A DNA stretch of 64,000 nucleotides from Deltaproteobacteria bacterium (lineage in GTDB: Bacteria; Myxococcota_A; Polyangia; Polyangiales; Houyiibacteriaceae), in assembly GCA_034670305.1 (NCBI GenBank), contig JAXMNT010000026.1, forward strand, positions 1 to 64,000. The letters are read 5' to 3'. Made by a program: the position numbers and the translations under genes. The notes beneath the pieces were generated by a model that saw only the letters and a list, made by a program, of their open reading frames with translations, searched no databases and was not told the origin of the DNA. This document shows positions 47,531-56,506 of the stretch, piece after piece (position 1 is the stretch's first letter; every line of letters starts with the position of its first letter).

Positions 47531-49633
47531 GTGTCGAATGCGTTTCGAATGGGGTGGGTGATCGTCGCGGTGGGGCTCGGCGGCTGCCCAGGCGGTGACG
47601 GCGGATTCGTGATCGATACCGAGCAGCCCGACGGGTCGGTCGTGCCGCCCTACCGGCCGCCGCGTTGCGGGGATGCTGGGGTGGGGGACGCGTCCTGCTC
47701 GGACGCGGACATCGTCGTGCCCGAAGTCGACGCGGGACCGCCGCCGCCGCCGTGCAACGAAGTGACGTTCTCGTTCTCGGGCGAAGCGACCACGGTGTGG
47801 GTCAGTGGTTCGTGGCTCGCCGACAGCGACGGCGTCTGGCCGACCAACCCGAGCGAAGGCGCGCTCGAGCTCGTCGCGGACGGTGCCGGCTTTTCGCTCA
47901 CGACGTTGATCGAGCCGATCGAACGCCATGAGTACAAGTTCATCCTCGACGGCGCCGACTGGATCCCCGATCCCGACAACCCGAGCCGCACACCGGACGG
48001 CGTCGGCGGCGAGAACAGTGTGCTCGACGTCTGTGGGGCCGCATGTGGCGACGTCTCGGTCTTCGACTGGCGCGACGCCGTCATGTACTTCGCGATGGTC
48101 GATCGCTTCCGCGACTCGGATGGGTCGAGCGACGAGGTGAGCGGCGTCTCGGGCGGCGATGCGAGCCGCGGTCCGAGTGGACAGTACGAAGGCGGCGATC
48201 TGGCGGGCGTGACCGAACGGCTGCCGTACCTGGCGGACCTCGGCGTCACCGCCCTCTGGTTGTCGGCGCCCTACGAGAACCGGAACACCGCAGGCGAAGC
48301 GATCGATCCCGGATCGGATCCGCACACCTACAGCGCCTACCACGGGTACTGGCCGTCGCCGGCGAACATCGACTACAGCGACCCGCGCGCGCCCTCCCCG
48401 CGCCCACAGATCGAATCGCGCATCGGAAGCGAAGCGGATCTGCGCACCTTGGTGGAGACCGCGCACGGTACGACCGGCGCCGACGGCCACGGGCTCAAGG
48501 TGCTCTTCGACTACGTGATGAACCACGTCGACTCGGAGAGCGGGCTGTACGCCGCGCACCGCGACTGGTTCGCGACCGACCCGGGCATGGGCGGGCGCAT
48601 TCGAAGCTGCGGCCGCGAGAACCTCTGGGACGACCCATACTGGGGCACCCGCTGCGCGTTCACCGACTACCTCCCCCCCTTCGACTTCACGAACACCGAC
48701 GCCCGCCGATGGTCGATCGACGACGCGCTCTGGTGGGCGCGCGAGTTCGACATCGACGGGTACCGGCTCGACGCGATCAAACACGTGCCCTTCGAGTGGC
48801 TCACGGATCTGCGGGACCGTGTCGACGTCGAGTTCAGCGACCCGGCGGGCGAACGCTTCTACCTGGTCGGCGAGACCTTCGCGTACGACGACCAAGCACT
48901 GCTCGCGGCCTACGTCGATCCCGACGAGATGCTGGACGGGCAATTCGACTTCCCGCTCAAGGCGCGGCTCTGCGAAGCGGTCTTCCGCCCAGACGGGGAT
49001 CTGTCCGCGCTCGCGTCGTTCATGGACGGCAACGACACCTTCTACGGACCGAGCGCGATCATGACGACGTGGATCGGCAACCACGACATCCCGCGGGCGA
49101 TCCACTTCGCGAGCGGTGAGATCCCCAACTGCCGCGAAGGCTCGAACCCGGGCAACGGCTGGGACTGGGTCCCGAGCCAGCCTTCGGACGCCGCGCCCTA
49201 CGAACGGCTCGGGGTCGCGTTCGGCGTGCTCTTCACGAACCCGGGCGTGCCGCTCATCTACTACGGCGACGAGATCGGTCTCGCCGGTGGTGGCGACCCG
49301 GACAACCGGCGCACGATGCCGTGGGACGATGGATCGCTGAACGCGCATCAACGCGCGCTCCGGGATCTCGTCACGCGGCTCGGCCAAGTGCGGGCGCAGA
49401 ACCCCGTGCTCTCGCGCGGCCGACGCCGCACCCTCTCGAGCGCACGCGACACGTGGGTCTTCGCACGCAGCGGGTGCGACGACGAAGTGATCGTCGCCAT
49501 CAACCGCGCCGACTCCGCACAGAACGTGAACATTCCGGCGGCGAGCTACGACGAGCTGATCTCGGAGACGACCGTCGAAGGTGGATCGGTGCGTCTCGGG
49601 GCGCGAAGCCTGATGGTGCTGCGCGCCCGGTAG
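47531..49633 (+). CDS. GH13 alpha-amylase family lipoprotein with CBM48-like domain
   Basis: LGGC lipobox; VWVSGSW..YKFILDG..W..DP; GGDLAG, YHGYW, DYVMNH, GYRLDAIKH, VGE, NHD, YYGDE. Confidence 0.9.
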   Translation: MSNAFRMGWVIVAVGLGGCPGGDGGFVIDTEQPDGSVVPPYRPPRCGDAGVGDASCSDADIVVPEVDAGPPPPPCNEVTFSFSGEATTVWVSGSWLADSDGVWPTNPSEGALELVADGAGFSLTTLIEPIERHEYKFILDGADWIPDPDNPSRTPDGVGGENSVLDVCGAACGDVSVFDWRDAVMYFAMVDRFRDSDGSSDEVSGVSGGDASRGPSGQYEGGDLAGVTERLPYLADLGVTALWLSAPYENRNTAGEAIDPGSDPHTYSAYHGYWPSPANIDYSDPRAPSPRPQIESRIGSEADLRTLVETAHGTTGADGHGLKVLFDYVMNHVDSESGLYAAHRDWFATDPGMGGRIRSCGRENLWDDPYWGTRCAFTDYLPPFDFTNTDARRWSIDDALWWAREFDIDGYRLDAIKHVPFEWLTDLRDRVDVEFSDPAGERFYLVGETFAYDDQALLAAYVDPDEMLDGQFDFPLKARLCEAVFRPDGDLSALASFMDGNDTFYGPSAIMTTWIGNHDIPRAIHFASGEIPNCREGSNPGNGWDWVPSQPSDAAPYERLGVAFGVLFTNPGVPLIYYGDEIGLAGGGDPDNRRTMPWDDGSLNAHQRALRDLVTRLGQVRAQNPVLSRGRRRTLSSARDTWVFARSGCDDEVIVAINRADSAQNVNIPAASYDELISETTVEGGSVRLGARSLMVLRAR

Positions 49634-49800
49634 CACGGTCGCGCCCTGGCGGTCGCCCTGCGGTCGCGCTGATCGCGTTCGATCGCGGATCGGATCGGAT
49701 CGGGCACGAACACCGGCACGGGTCGGCGGTCGCGATCGCGCCCACTCCGTTCGCGCTCGATCGGGTCGCCTACCGGGCACACCGAGGGCACACTGTGCCC

Positions 49801-50295
49801 GTGACGACGCCTGACGCCGACCGGATCCGTGTGAGGGTGGAGACCGAGCCGACCGCAACGACGTGGACCGCCGATGTGGTGACCCGGCGCCCGCAGCGGA
49901 CCGCGATCGATCTGATCGCACTGGTGACCGCCACCGTGACCACCTTCATCCACTCCTGGGGCCGCGGCGTCGGGCTCTGGCTCGTGTGCCTGTGCGTCGC
50001 GGCGCTGATGGCGGCGCGACGCGTGTCGTCCAAGACCCGCGCCGCCAGAATCCGGCTCACCTCCGACACCCTTCACCTCGGCGGGTTGAAGATTCCGCGT
50101 GCGGAGATCACCGGCGCGTCGCTCCTGCCCGACGCGGTCGAAGGCGGAACGACGCTCGCCAAGGTCGAGCTGGTCGGCAACGATCAGAACTACGAGCTTC
50201 AGCTTCCCGAACCCGACGCACGCGCATTGCTCGACGCACTCGACCTCGACCCGGCCCAACGGAAGATGCGGGTGCGAGTCTCGAACACGGCATGA
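49801..50295 (+). CDS. hypothetical membrane protein, N-terminal part (possibly frameshift-split)
   Basis: 2 TM plus a PH-like segment; ends LLDALDLDPAQR; ATGA overlap with the next ORF. Confidence 0.5.
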   Translation: MTTPDADRIRVRVETEPTATTWTADVVTRRPQRTAIDLIALVTATVTTFIHSWGRGVGLWLVCLCVAALMAARRVSSKTRAARIRLTSDTLHLGGLKIPRAEITGASLLPDAVEGGTTLAKVELVGNDQNYELQLPEPDARALLDALDLDPAQRKMRVRVSNTA

Positions 50296-51047
50296 AGTTC
50301 GCGGCCTGGAGCATCGCCTCCGCCATGCCCATCGGCGTGCTCGCGATCGGCGCGGCGTTCGGCATGAATGACCCCTCGAGCTTCGCCTGGCTCCTGCTGC
50401 CCGCGCTGGTTGGCTGGGTGGCGATGGCGCGCCTGGTCCACCGGTTCGTGCAACCTTTCCCGCTCGACATCGGCTCCGACGGGATCGCGTGGAAGGACAT
50501 GCTCGGCAAGAAGATGTTCATCCGCCACCGCGACATCTTGACGGTCGACCTCGTCGAGTCGCCGTATTCGAAGTCCGACGCGAAGACCCACTTGGTGATC
50601 ACGAGCAAGGGACCGAGCGAGGTCTTCGCCGACGAACACGAGATCGAACTCGGGCCGGTCCCGGAGTCGCTGGGTGTGGTGGTGCGGGCACGCATCGCCG
50701 ACGCACTCGGAGACGAAGGCGACCCCCTGCCGCTCCTCGACCGCCGCGGGCAACCCACCGAGTCGTGGCGCAAGAAGCTGCGTGAGCTGATCGGCGAAGG
50801 GTACCGAGAGGCGCGCGTGCCGCGGGTGCGGGTGGTCTCGGTGCTCGAGGATCCCCACGCCTCGTCCGAGCGTCGGCTGGCCGCGGCGATCGCATTGGTC
50901 GAGTCGATGGACCCAGCGACACGGACCTTCGGCTCGAAACTCGCGAAGTCGATCGCGCGTTCGCTCGTCGATCCGGAGCTCGCGCACGCGCTCGAAGAAC
51001 TGGCCGACGGCAACCTCGGCGACGAGAAACTCGAAGCCGTCGCCTGA
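50292..51047 (+). CDS. hypothetical membrane protein, C-terminal part
   Basis: 2 TM, IGSDGI PH-like segment, LDRRG...W...GYR...LEDP..S.ERRLAAAIAL helical tail. Confidence 0.55.
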   Translation: MKFAAWSIASAMPIGVLAIGAAFGMNDPSSFAWLLLPALVGWVAMARLVHRFVQPFPLDIGSDGIAWKDMLGKKMFIRHRDILTVDLVESPYSKSDAKTHLVITSKGPSEVFADEHEIELGPVPESLGVVVRARIADALGDEGDPLPLLDRRGQPTESWRKKLRELIGEGYREARVPRVRVVSVLEDPHASSERRLAAAIALVESMDPATRTFGSKLAKSIARSLVDPELAHALEELADGNLGDEKLEAVA

Positions 51048-51048
51048 C

Positions 51049-52734
51049 GTGCGTAGGTCGACCGACGGGTGGGGGTGGACCGGCGCGCGCAGCGCGTGGG
51101 CACACGGTGCGCTTCTCTGCACGCTCGCCGCGTGCACTACGCCGGAGCCGTTGCCGCCGGTCGCGACCCACGTCGACGACTGGCGGGACGAGGTGCTCTA
51201 CCAGGTGGTCGTCGACCGGTTCGAGAACGGCGACCCTGGGAACGACGACCTCGATGGCGTCGGGGTCGGCGGGGCGCTCGAACGGCACCAAGGCGGCGAC
51301 TGGGCAGGGCTCGAAAGCCGCCTCGACTACATCCAGGGACTCGGCGCGACCGCGCTGTGGATCTCGCCGATCGTCGCGAACGTCGACCGCACCGAATCCG
51401 AAGACGGCTACCACGGCTACTGGGCGAGCGACTTCACCGAGCTGAACCCACGCTTCGGCGGCCCCGACGATCTGCGCCGGCTGGTCCGCGCCGCCCACGA
51501 CCGGTCGATGCTGGTCGTCGTCGACGTGGTGACGAACCACGCCGGCCGCGTGTTCGGCTACGACTTGGATCGCGACGGAGCGGTGAGCGAGGGCGAAGTC
51601 GAGCCGCCGTTCCTCGACGCGGGCTACGACGTGCCGCTCGTCTGGTCGCACCGGCCGAGGCTCTGGCGCGACGACGCACGGTGGACGCTCGAAGCGTCTC
51701 ACTTTCACCGGAGGGGCGACGGCAACCTCGGCGACCCGCACGAACGCGTCTTCGGCGACTTCCCCACCGGCCTGCGGGACCTCGACACCGAACAAGCCGA
51801 GCTGCGCGACGCACTCGTCGAGACCTACGCGCGCTGGGCGACCGAGTTCGACCTCGACGGGTTCCGCATCGACGCGGTGCCGCACGTGGAGACGGACTTC
51901 TGGGCGACCTTCGGACGCGAGATCCGGGCGCGGCTGTCGCGCGAAGGCAAAGACCGGTTCTTGCTGCTCGGTGAGGTCTTCAGCGGCGACCCCTCGGTGC
52001 TCGCGCGCTACTCGGATGACGAAGGCGCGCTCGACGGCGCGTTCGACTTCGCGCTCAAGTTCGGCGTGGTCGACGCGGTGCTGCTCGACGGCGGCGCGCC
52101 CGCCACCGCCCGCGGCATCCTGGAAGGATCGGGCGCGTACCGCCCCTTCGGCCAGCCGGGCGGCGTCGGCCTCTCGCCGTGGCAAGCGCGGGTGGCGATC
52201 GCGGACAACCACGACACCTGGCGCATCCGCGGCGAACTCGATCGCTTCGAGTCGGTCGCACTCGCGCTGCTCTTGGTGACCACCGTCGATGCGATCCCCT
52301 GCATCTACTACGGCACCGAACAGGCGTTCCGAGGCATGGGCGGCGCGGGCAGCCGCGAGCGCATGTGGGAGAGCGGCTTCCGGACCGACGGCGAGACCTA
52401 CCAGTGGCTGCATCGTTTGCTCGAGCTGCGGGCGTCGCGCGAAGTCCTGCGGCGCGGCTCTTTGACAGTGCGCTACGCGAGCGAGAACGACGGCTTCAGC
52501 GACGCGCCCGACGCGGGCCTGCTCGCCTACGAACGGGCGCTCGGCGACGAACGGATGTTGATCGTGCTCAACGCCCACGCGCTCCAGTCGTCGGCGGCGG
52601 TGGTGCCGTCTGGATTCGCGGCCGGCACGCGGCTCGTCGACGTGCTCGGCGGCGGCGAGGCGGAGGTCGGCGCGGGCGGCGCCATCTCGGTGGCACTCGG
52701 CCCGCGCGGCGCGGCGATGTACGAGCCGCGCTGA
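51049..52734 (+). CDS. GH13 alpha-amylase family lipoprotein
   Basis: LAAC lipobox; DWRDEVLYQVVVDRF, GGDW, YHGYW, DVVTNH, GFRIDAVPH, GEVF, DNHD, YYGTEQ. Confidence 0.9.
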   Translation: MRRSTDGWGWTGARSAWAHGALLCTLAACTTPEPLPPVATHVDDWRDEVLYQVVVDRFENGDPGNDDLDGVGVGGALERHQGGDWAGLESRLDYIQGLGATALWISPIVANVDRTESEDGYHGYWASDFTELNPRFGGPDDLRRLVRAAHDRSMLVVVDVVTNHAGRVFGYDLDRDGAVSEGEVEPPFLDAGYDVPLVWSHRPRLWRDDARWTLEASHFHRRGDGNLGDPHERVFGDFPTGLRDLDTEQAELRDALVETYARWATEFDLDGFRIDAVPHVETDFWATFGREIRARLSREGKDRFLLLGEVFSGDPSVLARYSDDEGALDGAFDFALKFGVVDAVLLDGGAPATARGILEGSGAYRPFGQPGGVGLSPWQARVAIADNHDTWRIRGELDRFESVALALLLVTTVDAIPCIYYGTEQAFRGMGGAGSRERMWESGFRTDGETYQWLHRLLELRASREVLRRGSLTVRYASENDGFSDAPDAGLLAYERALGDERMLIVLNAHALQSSAAVVPSGFAAGTRLVDVLGGGEAEVGAGGAISVALGPRGAAMYEPR

Positions 52735-52737
52735 ACG

Positions 52738-53445
52738 CTAAAAGTGCTCCCAGGGCGCGGTGAAGTTCGTCCTCGTCTCCGCGGCCGGGGCTTCGTCGTC
52801 GGCGAAGAACTCATCGAGGTAAGGCGCGGAGAAGTACGCGGCGCCGGCGAAGGCCAGCACCAGCGGGACGCGGGCGAGCTGCGCGGAGGCAGAGGCGATC
52901 TCGCCGGCGTTGAAGCGGTCGACGGCGCGCAGGCCACCGAAGAAGTCGTAGATCATCAGCGCCGGCACGATGGCCGCGAGCTCCGGGTGGCCGAGGAGCG
53001 CTGCGCCGATGGCGTTGGCTTCGAGCGCGAGGATGAGCCATGCGGTGTGCATCTGGCGCGCGTAGAAGTGGCCGGAGCCGAAGGTGAGCACCAGCGACGC
53101 GAACGCGGCGATGCGTTTGAGCTTCTTGTCGGTGTAGCCCTCTTCGTCGTCGCCCGGACCGCCGCGGTAGGGACCGTCGACCGCGGGCGGCTTGGGATCG
53201 GCGATCGGCTCGAGGATCTCGTCGGCGTCTTCGAGCGACGTGAGGATCTCGCGCGCCGCCTCCAGATCGCTCTGCCGGACCTTGATCGAGATCTTCACGT
53301 AGCCGCCGATCATGCCGAGCATGTGGCGGTGTTCGAGGCCCGGGGTGGCGACGACGATGCCCGCGTCTTGCAGCAGTTCGCGGTGGACCTCCGCTTCCAT
53401 CGGGTCGTGCAGGGTCTCCAGCGTCACGAAGGAATCGTCGGTCAC
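52738..53445 (-). CDS. DUF2007-domain membrane protein
   Basis: EAEVHRELLQDAGI...VKISIKVRQSDLEAAREIL; GSGHFY TM2-like motif; GTG start. Confidence 0.7.
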   Translation of the reverse strand: MTDDSFVTLETLHDPMEAEVHRELLQDAGIVVATPGLEHRHMLGMIGGYVKISIKVRQSDLEAAREILTSLEDADEILEPIADPKPPAVDGPYRGGPGDDEEGYTDKKLKRIAAFASLVLTFGSGHFYARQMHTAWLILALEANAIGAALLGHPELAAIVPALMIYDFFGGLRAVDRFNAGEIASASAQLARVPLVLAFAGAAYFSAPYLDEFFADDEAPAAETRTNFTAPWEHF

Positions 53446-53479
53446 ACCTTGAAGGTAGTGCCGCCCGGCAATCCGCGCT

Positions 53480-54559
53480 ATGGCGGCGGCCATGAGCAAG
53501 GCGGACGCTGCGGCGCAGGACGACGAAGTGGTGGAGAAGAAGGCCGTTGTGGCCGAAGTCGACGACACGCCGATGGCGCTGCTCGGCGCGCGCGCCGGCG
53601 TCGGAGGACTGCTCATGGGCCTGGCCAACCTGGTGCCTGGCATCAGCGGCGGCACCATGTTGCTCGCGTCCGGGATCTACCCACGCTTCATCAAAGCGGT
53701 GGCCGAGGTCTCGACCCTGAAGTTCCGCAAGCGGTCCATCTTCGTGCTCGGGGTGATCGTGGTGGCCGCGCTGTCGGCGATCGTGCTGCTCGCCGGCCCG
53801 GTGAAGTCGCTCGTCGTCTCTCACCGCTGGGTCATGTACAGCCTGTTCATCGGGCTGACCCTCGGTGGTGTCCCGGTGGTCTGGAAACTCGCCAAACCGG
53901 CGAGCTCCGCGACCTGGATCGGCGCCGTGCTCGGGTTCGTCCCGATGGCGGTGCTGGCGTACTTCCAGATGACCGGGTCCGATGGGGGCGCGGACAACGA
54001 AGGGTTCGTGATGATGTTCCTCGCCGGCGTGGCGGGGGCGAGCGCCATGATCCTGCCGGGGGTGAGCGGCGGCTACCTGCTCTTGGTCATGGGCGTCTAC
54101 GTCACGATCTTGGGCGCGGTCGATGCGTGCAAGGTCGCGGTCAAAGCCGGCGCGTGGGGCGATCTCGGCGACCCGTTTCTGAGCGTGGTGTTGCCGGTCG
54201 GCCTCGGCGTCGTGGTCGGCGTCTTGATCGTGAGCAACGGGCTCCAGTGGCTCTTGAAGAAGTACGAGAAGGTCACCCTCGGTGCGCTGCTCGGTTTGCT
54301 CGTCGGTGCGGTCGTTGGCTTGTGGCCGTTCCAGCGCGGCGTGGCGCCGGCCATCGGCGACCTGTTCAAGGGCCAGGTCGTCACCGCGGAATCGCTGACG
54401 GAGATCGCTCCGGAGAAATACCCGACCGAGTTCTTCACGCCGGACGGCGGACAGATCGCGACCGTGCTCGGTCTCGTGGTGGTGGGCTTTTTGGCCACGG
54501 CACTCGTGGCCAAACTCGGCGCCGGCAAAGACGACGCGAAGAAGGCCGCGAAGGCGTGA
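53480..54559 (+). CDS. DUF368 family undecaprenyl-phosphate translocase
   Basis: MGLANLVPGISGGT and second repeat AMILPGVSGG; multiple TMs; alternative start 53492. Confidence 0.9.
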   Translation: MAAAMSKADAAAQDDEVVEKKAVVAEVDDTPMALLGARAGVGGLLMGLANLVPGISGGTMLLASGIYPRFIKAVAEVSTLKFRKRSIFVLGVIVVAALSAIVLLAGPVKSLVVSHRWVMYSLFIGLTLGGVPVVWKLAKPASSATWIGAVLGFVPMAVLAYFQMTGSDGGADNEGFVMMFLAGVAGASAMILPGVSGGYLLLVMGVYVTILGAVDACKVAVKAGAWGDLGDPFLSVVLPVGLGVVVGVLIVSNGLQWLLKKYEKVTLGALLGLLVGAVVGLWPFQRGVAPAIGDLFKGQVVTAESLTEIAPEKYPTEFFTPDGGQIATVLGLVVVGFLATALVAKLGAGKDDAKKAAKA

Positions 54560-54562
54560 CCG

Positions 54563-55606
54563 TCACCGCGTGGTGAACGCGCGGACCTGAGCGCGCTGGG
54601 TTTCGGTCCACGCGCTGGCGCCGTCTTTCGCACGGGCCGACCAGAGCCACGCGCCGACGTAGCCGCGGTCTCGAATGTGTTCGAGGCGGCCGCGCAGGTA
54701 CTGGTTCGGGTCGTGGTCGGTGGGGAGTGGCCAGCGCATGTGCTGGAGGTGAAACCGCGGACCCTGCGCGGACGCGAACTCACCGACGACCGCGTTGGGG
54801 GTCGCGGCGCGCGGGAGGGTTCGGAGCAGCGGGGTCGGATAGTGGTGGATTTGCCAGAGGCCGCGCTCGACCACCCGGCGCGCTCCTGCGGTCAGCCAGT
54901 CCGGACAGCGCGCGAAGCCGACCGTGGGCGTGAAGCCGGCGTCGGCCACCCGCTGGCTGAGACCGACCAGCAACGCTTCGAGCCCCGGTCGCTCCACCCG
55001 ATCGCGCGTGCGGACCCACCGGCCGCCGACCCTTCGCACGTGCAGCGGGCCGCCCTTCACGATCCAGTCCGGTTCGTTGCAGATCTCGAAGGCGCGCACG
55101 TACTTCGGTCGGATGACCTCGAGCATCGGCGCGACGAGCGTGTCGAAGGTCTCGTCCGGATCCGATTGCAGCACGTGCCGCAGGCCGCCGGAGATCACGC
55201 CGCCGCTTCGGACGACCATCGGGAAGAACGCCTCGAACGAGACCAGCGAAGGCACGAGCTGCATGCCGGCGTTCGCGCAGGCGGTCTCGAGCTTCGCGAG
55301 ATCCGCGAGGAACGCATCGGTGGGCGGGACTGGACGGCCACGAAAGTGGCCCGCGTGCACCTTCCAGGTGGGCGCGCGCCCCACCGGGTAGTTCACCCCG
55401 CCGGCCAGAAGCCAGAAGCGCGCGACCTGGATCCCGTCGGCGCGCCACGAAGAGAGATCGCGTTCCAGTTCCCCGAAGTCCGTCCGGCGCGCGCCGGCCC
55501 ACGGGGGCGGCTTCTCACCGAAGTCGTGGCCACACGAGACCCAGGGAACCGAGAGACCGAGCTGCACCGCGGGAGCATAGTGCGATGTGTCAGTGCTGGG
55601 CTCCAC
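54563..55606 (-). CDS. GH-A clan (GH5-like) TIM-barrel glycoside hydrolase
   Basis: G..VPW...GHDFG, ARFWL, FEICNEP, QIHHY, VGEF, GAWLWS. Confidence 0.6.
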   Translation of the reverse strand: MEPSTDTSHYAPAVQLGLSVPWVSCGHDFGEKPPPWAGARRTDFGELERDLSSWRADGIQVARFWLLAGGVNYPVGRAPTWKVHAGHFRGRPVPPTDAFLADLAKLETACANAGMQLVPSLVSFEAFFPMVVRSGGVISGGLRHVLQSDPDETFDTLVAPMLEVIRPKYVRAFEICNEPDWIVKGGPLHVRRVGGRWVRTRDRVERPGLEALLVGLSQRVADAGFTPTVGFARCPDWLTAGARRVVERGLWQIHHYPTPLLRTLPRAATPNAVVGEFASAQGPRFHLQHMRWPLPTDHDPNQYLRGRLEHIRDRGYVGAWLWSARAKDGASAWTETQRAQVRAFTTR

Positions 55607-55907
55607 GGAACGGCGAGGGAGACCTGGTGACCGGGGGACCGACCCATTGGTGGATGGTGGTGGACAGGAACGGCGCGAGGCCGACGCCGACGAACCCGAC
55701 GAGAACGACGCCGAGGCCAGGAGTCAGCGCCAGGCCCAAGGCTTCGAGGGAGAGGAGTCCGGCGCTGATCAGGAGCGACAAGCCGCCGAACCGCGACAAC
55801 CGCCGATCCTGGCTTCCATCGACCGGTCCTTGGAGTTCGTCCTCCTCCACCGTGCGTGTGTAGAGGATTGCGGCGACGAGCCAGACGATGGTCACGACTT
55901 CGGTCAT
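55590..55907 (-). CDS. small hypothetical membrane protein
   Basis: three hydrophobic segments; overlaps the next start by 17 nt. Confidence 0.4.
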   Translation of the reverse strand: MTEVVTIVWLVAAILYTRTVEEDELQGPVDGSQDRRLSRFGGLSLLISAGLLSLEALGLALTPGLGVVLVGFVGVGLAPFLSTTIHQWVGPPVTRSPSPFRGAQH

Positions 55908-56054
55908 GGGCTGGCTATGAGCACGAAGGGTGCCGGCGGTTGGCCTTGGTTTTTCCCGTCATGTGCATGGATCTTGCGGGAGAAAGCGGAGCGGTTTTCT
56001 TCGAGTTGTGGAAAAGTGCCCGATAGCAGGCAGGCTCTAGCCAACTCCCTGGCC

Positions 56055-56416
56055 CGCCGAAGCCGAAGCACGTCGCCGAGGCCGAAGCCGAGGCCGAAGC
56101 CGAAGCCGAATCCGAGGCCGAAGCCGAGGCCGAAGCCGAAGCCGAAGCCGAAGCCGAAGCCGAATCCGAAGCCGAGGCCGACGCCGAATCCGAGGCCGAA
56201 TCCGACGCCGGACAGCCGAAGCCGAGGCCGAAGCCGAGGCCGACGCCGAAGCCGACCCCGAATCCGAAGCCGAGGCCGAAGCCGAGGCCGACGCCGAAGC
56301 TGACCCCGAATCCGAGGCCGAAGCCGAATCCGAGGCCGAAGCCGAAGCCGAATCCGAAGCCGACGCCGAAGCCGAATCCGAGGCCGACGCCGTTTCCGCT
56401 TCTGCTTCTGCTTCTG
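56055..56416. repeat. composite hexamer array (GCCGAA/GCCGAG/TCCGAN)n ending in (CTTCTG)n
   Basis: about 360 bp read directly; downstream of the flotillin gene. Confidence 0.95.
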
Positions 56417-56425
56417 ACAAAGGGA

Positions 56426-56459
56426 GAGGGCGGCCCCCTCCGGAGAGGAGACCGCCCTC
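56426..56459 (-). terminator. 15-bp stem-tetraloop downstream of the flotillin operon
   Basis: minus strand gagggcggtctcctc-tccg-gagggggccgccctc then tcccttt. Confidence 0.55.
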
Positions 56460-56506
56460 GCGGTTCGCTGGCGTTCATGCGCAGCGTTTGAGCAGCCTGG
56501 GTGACG

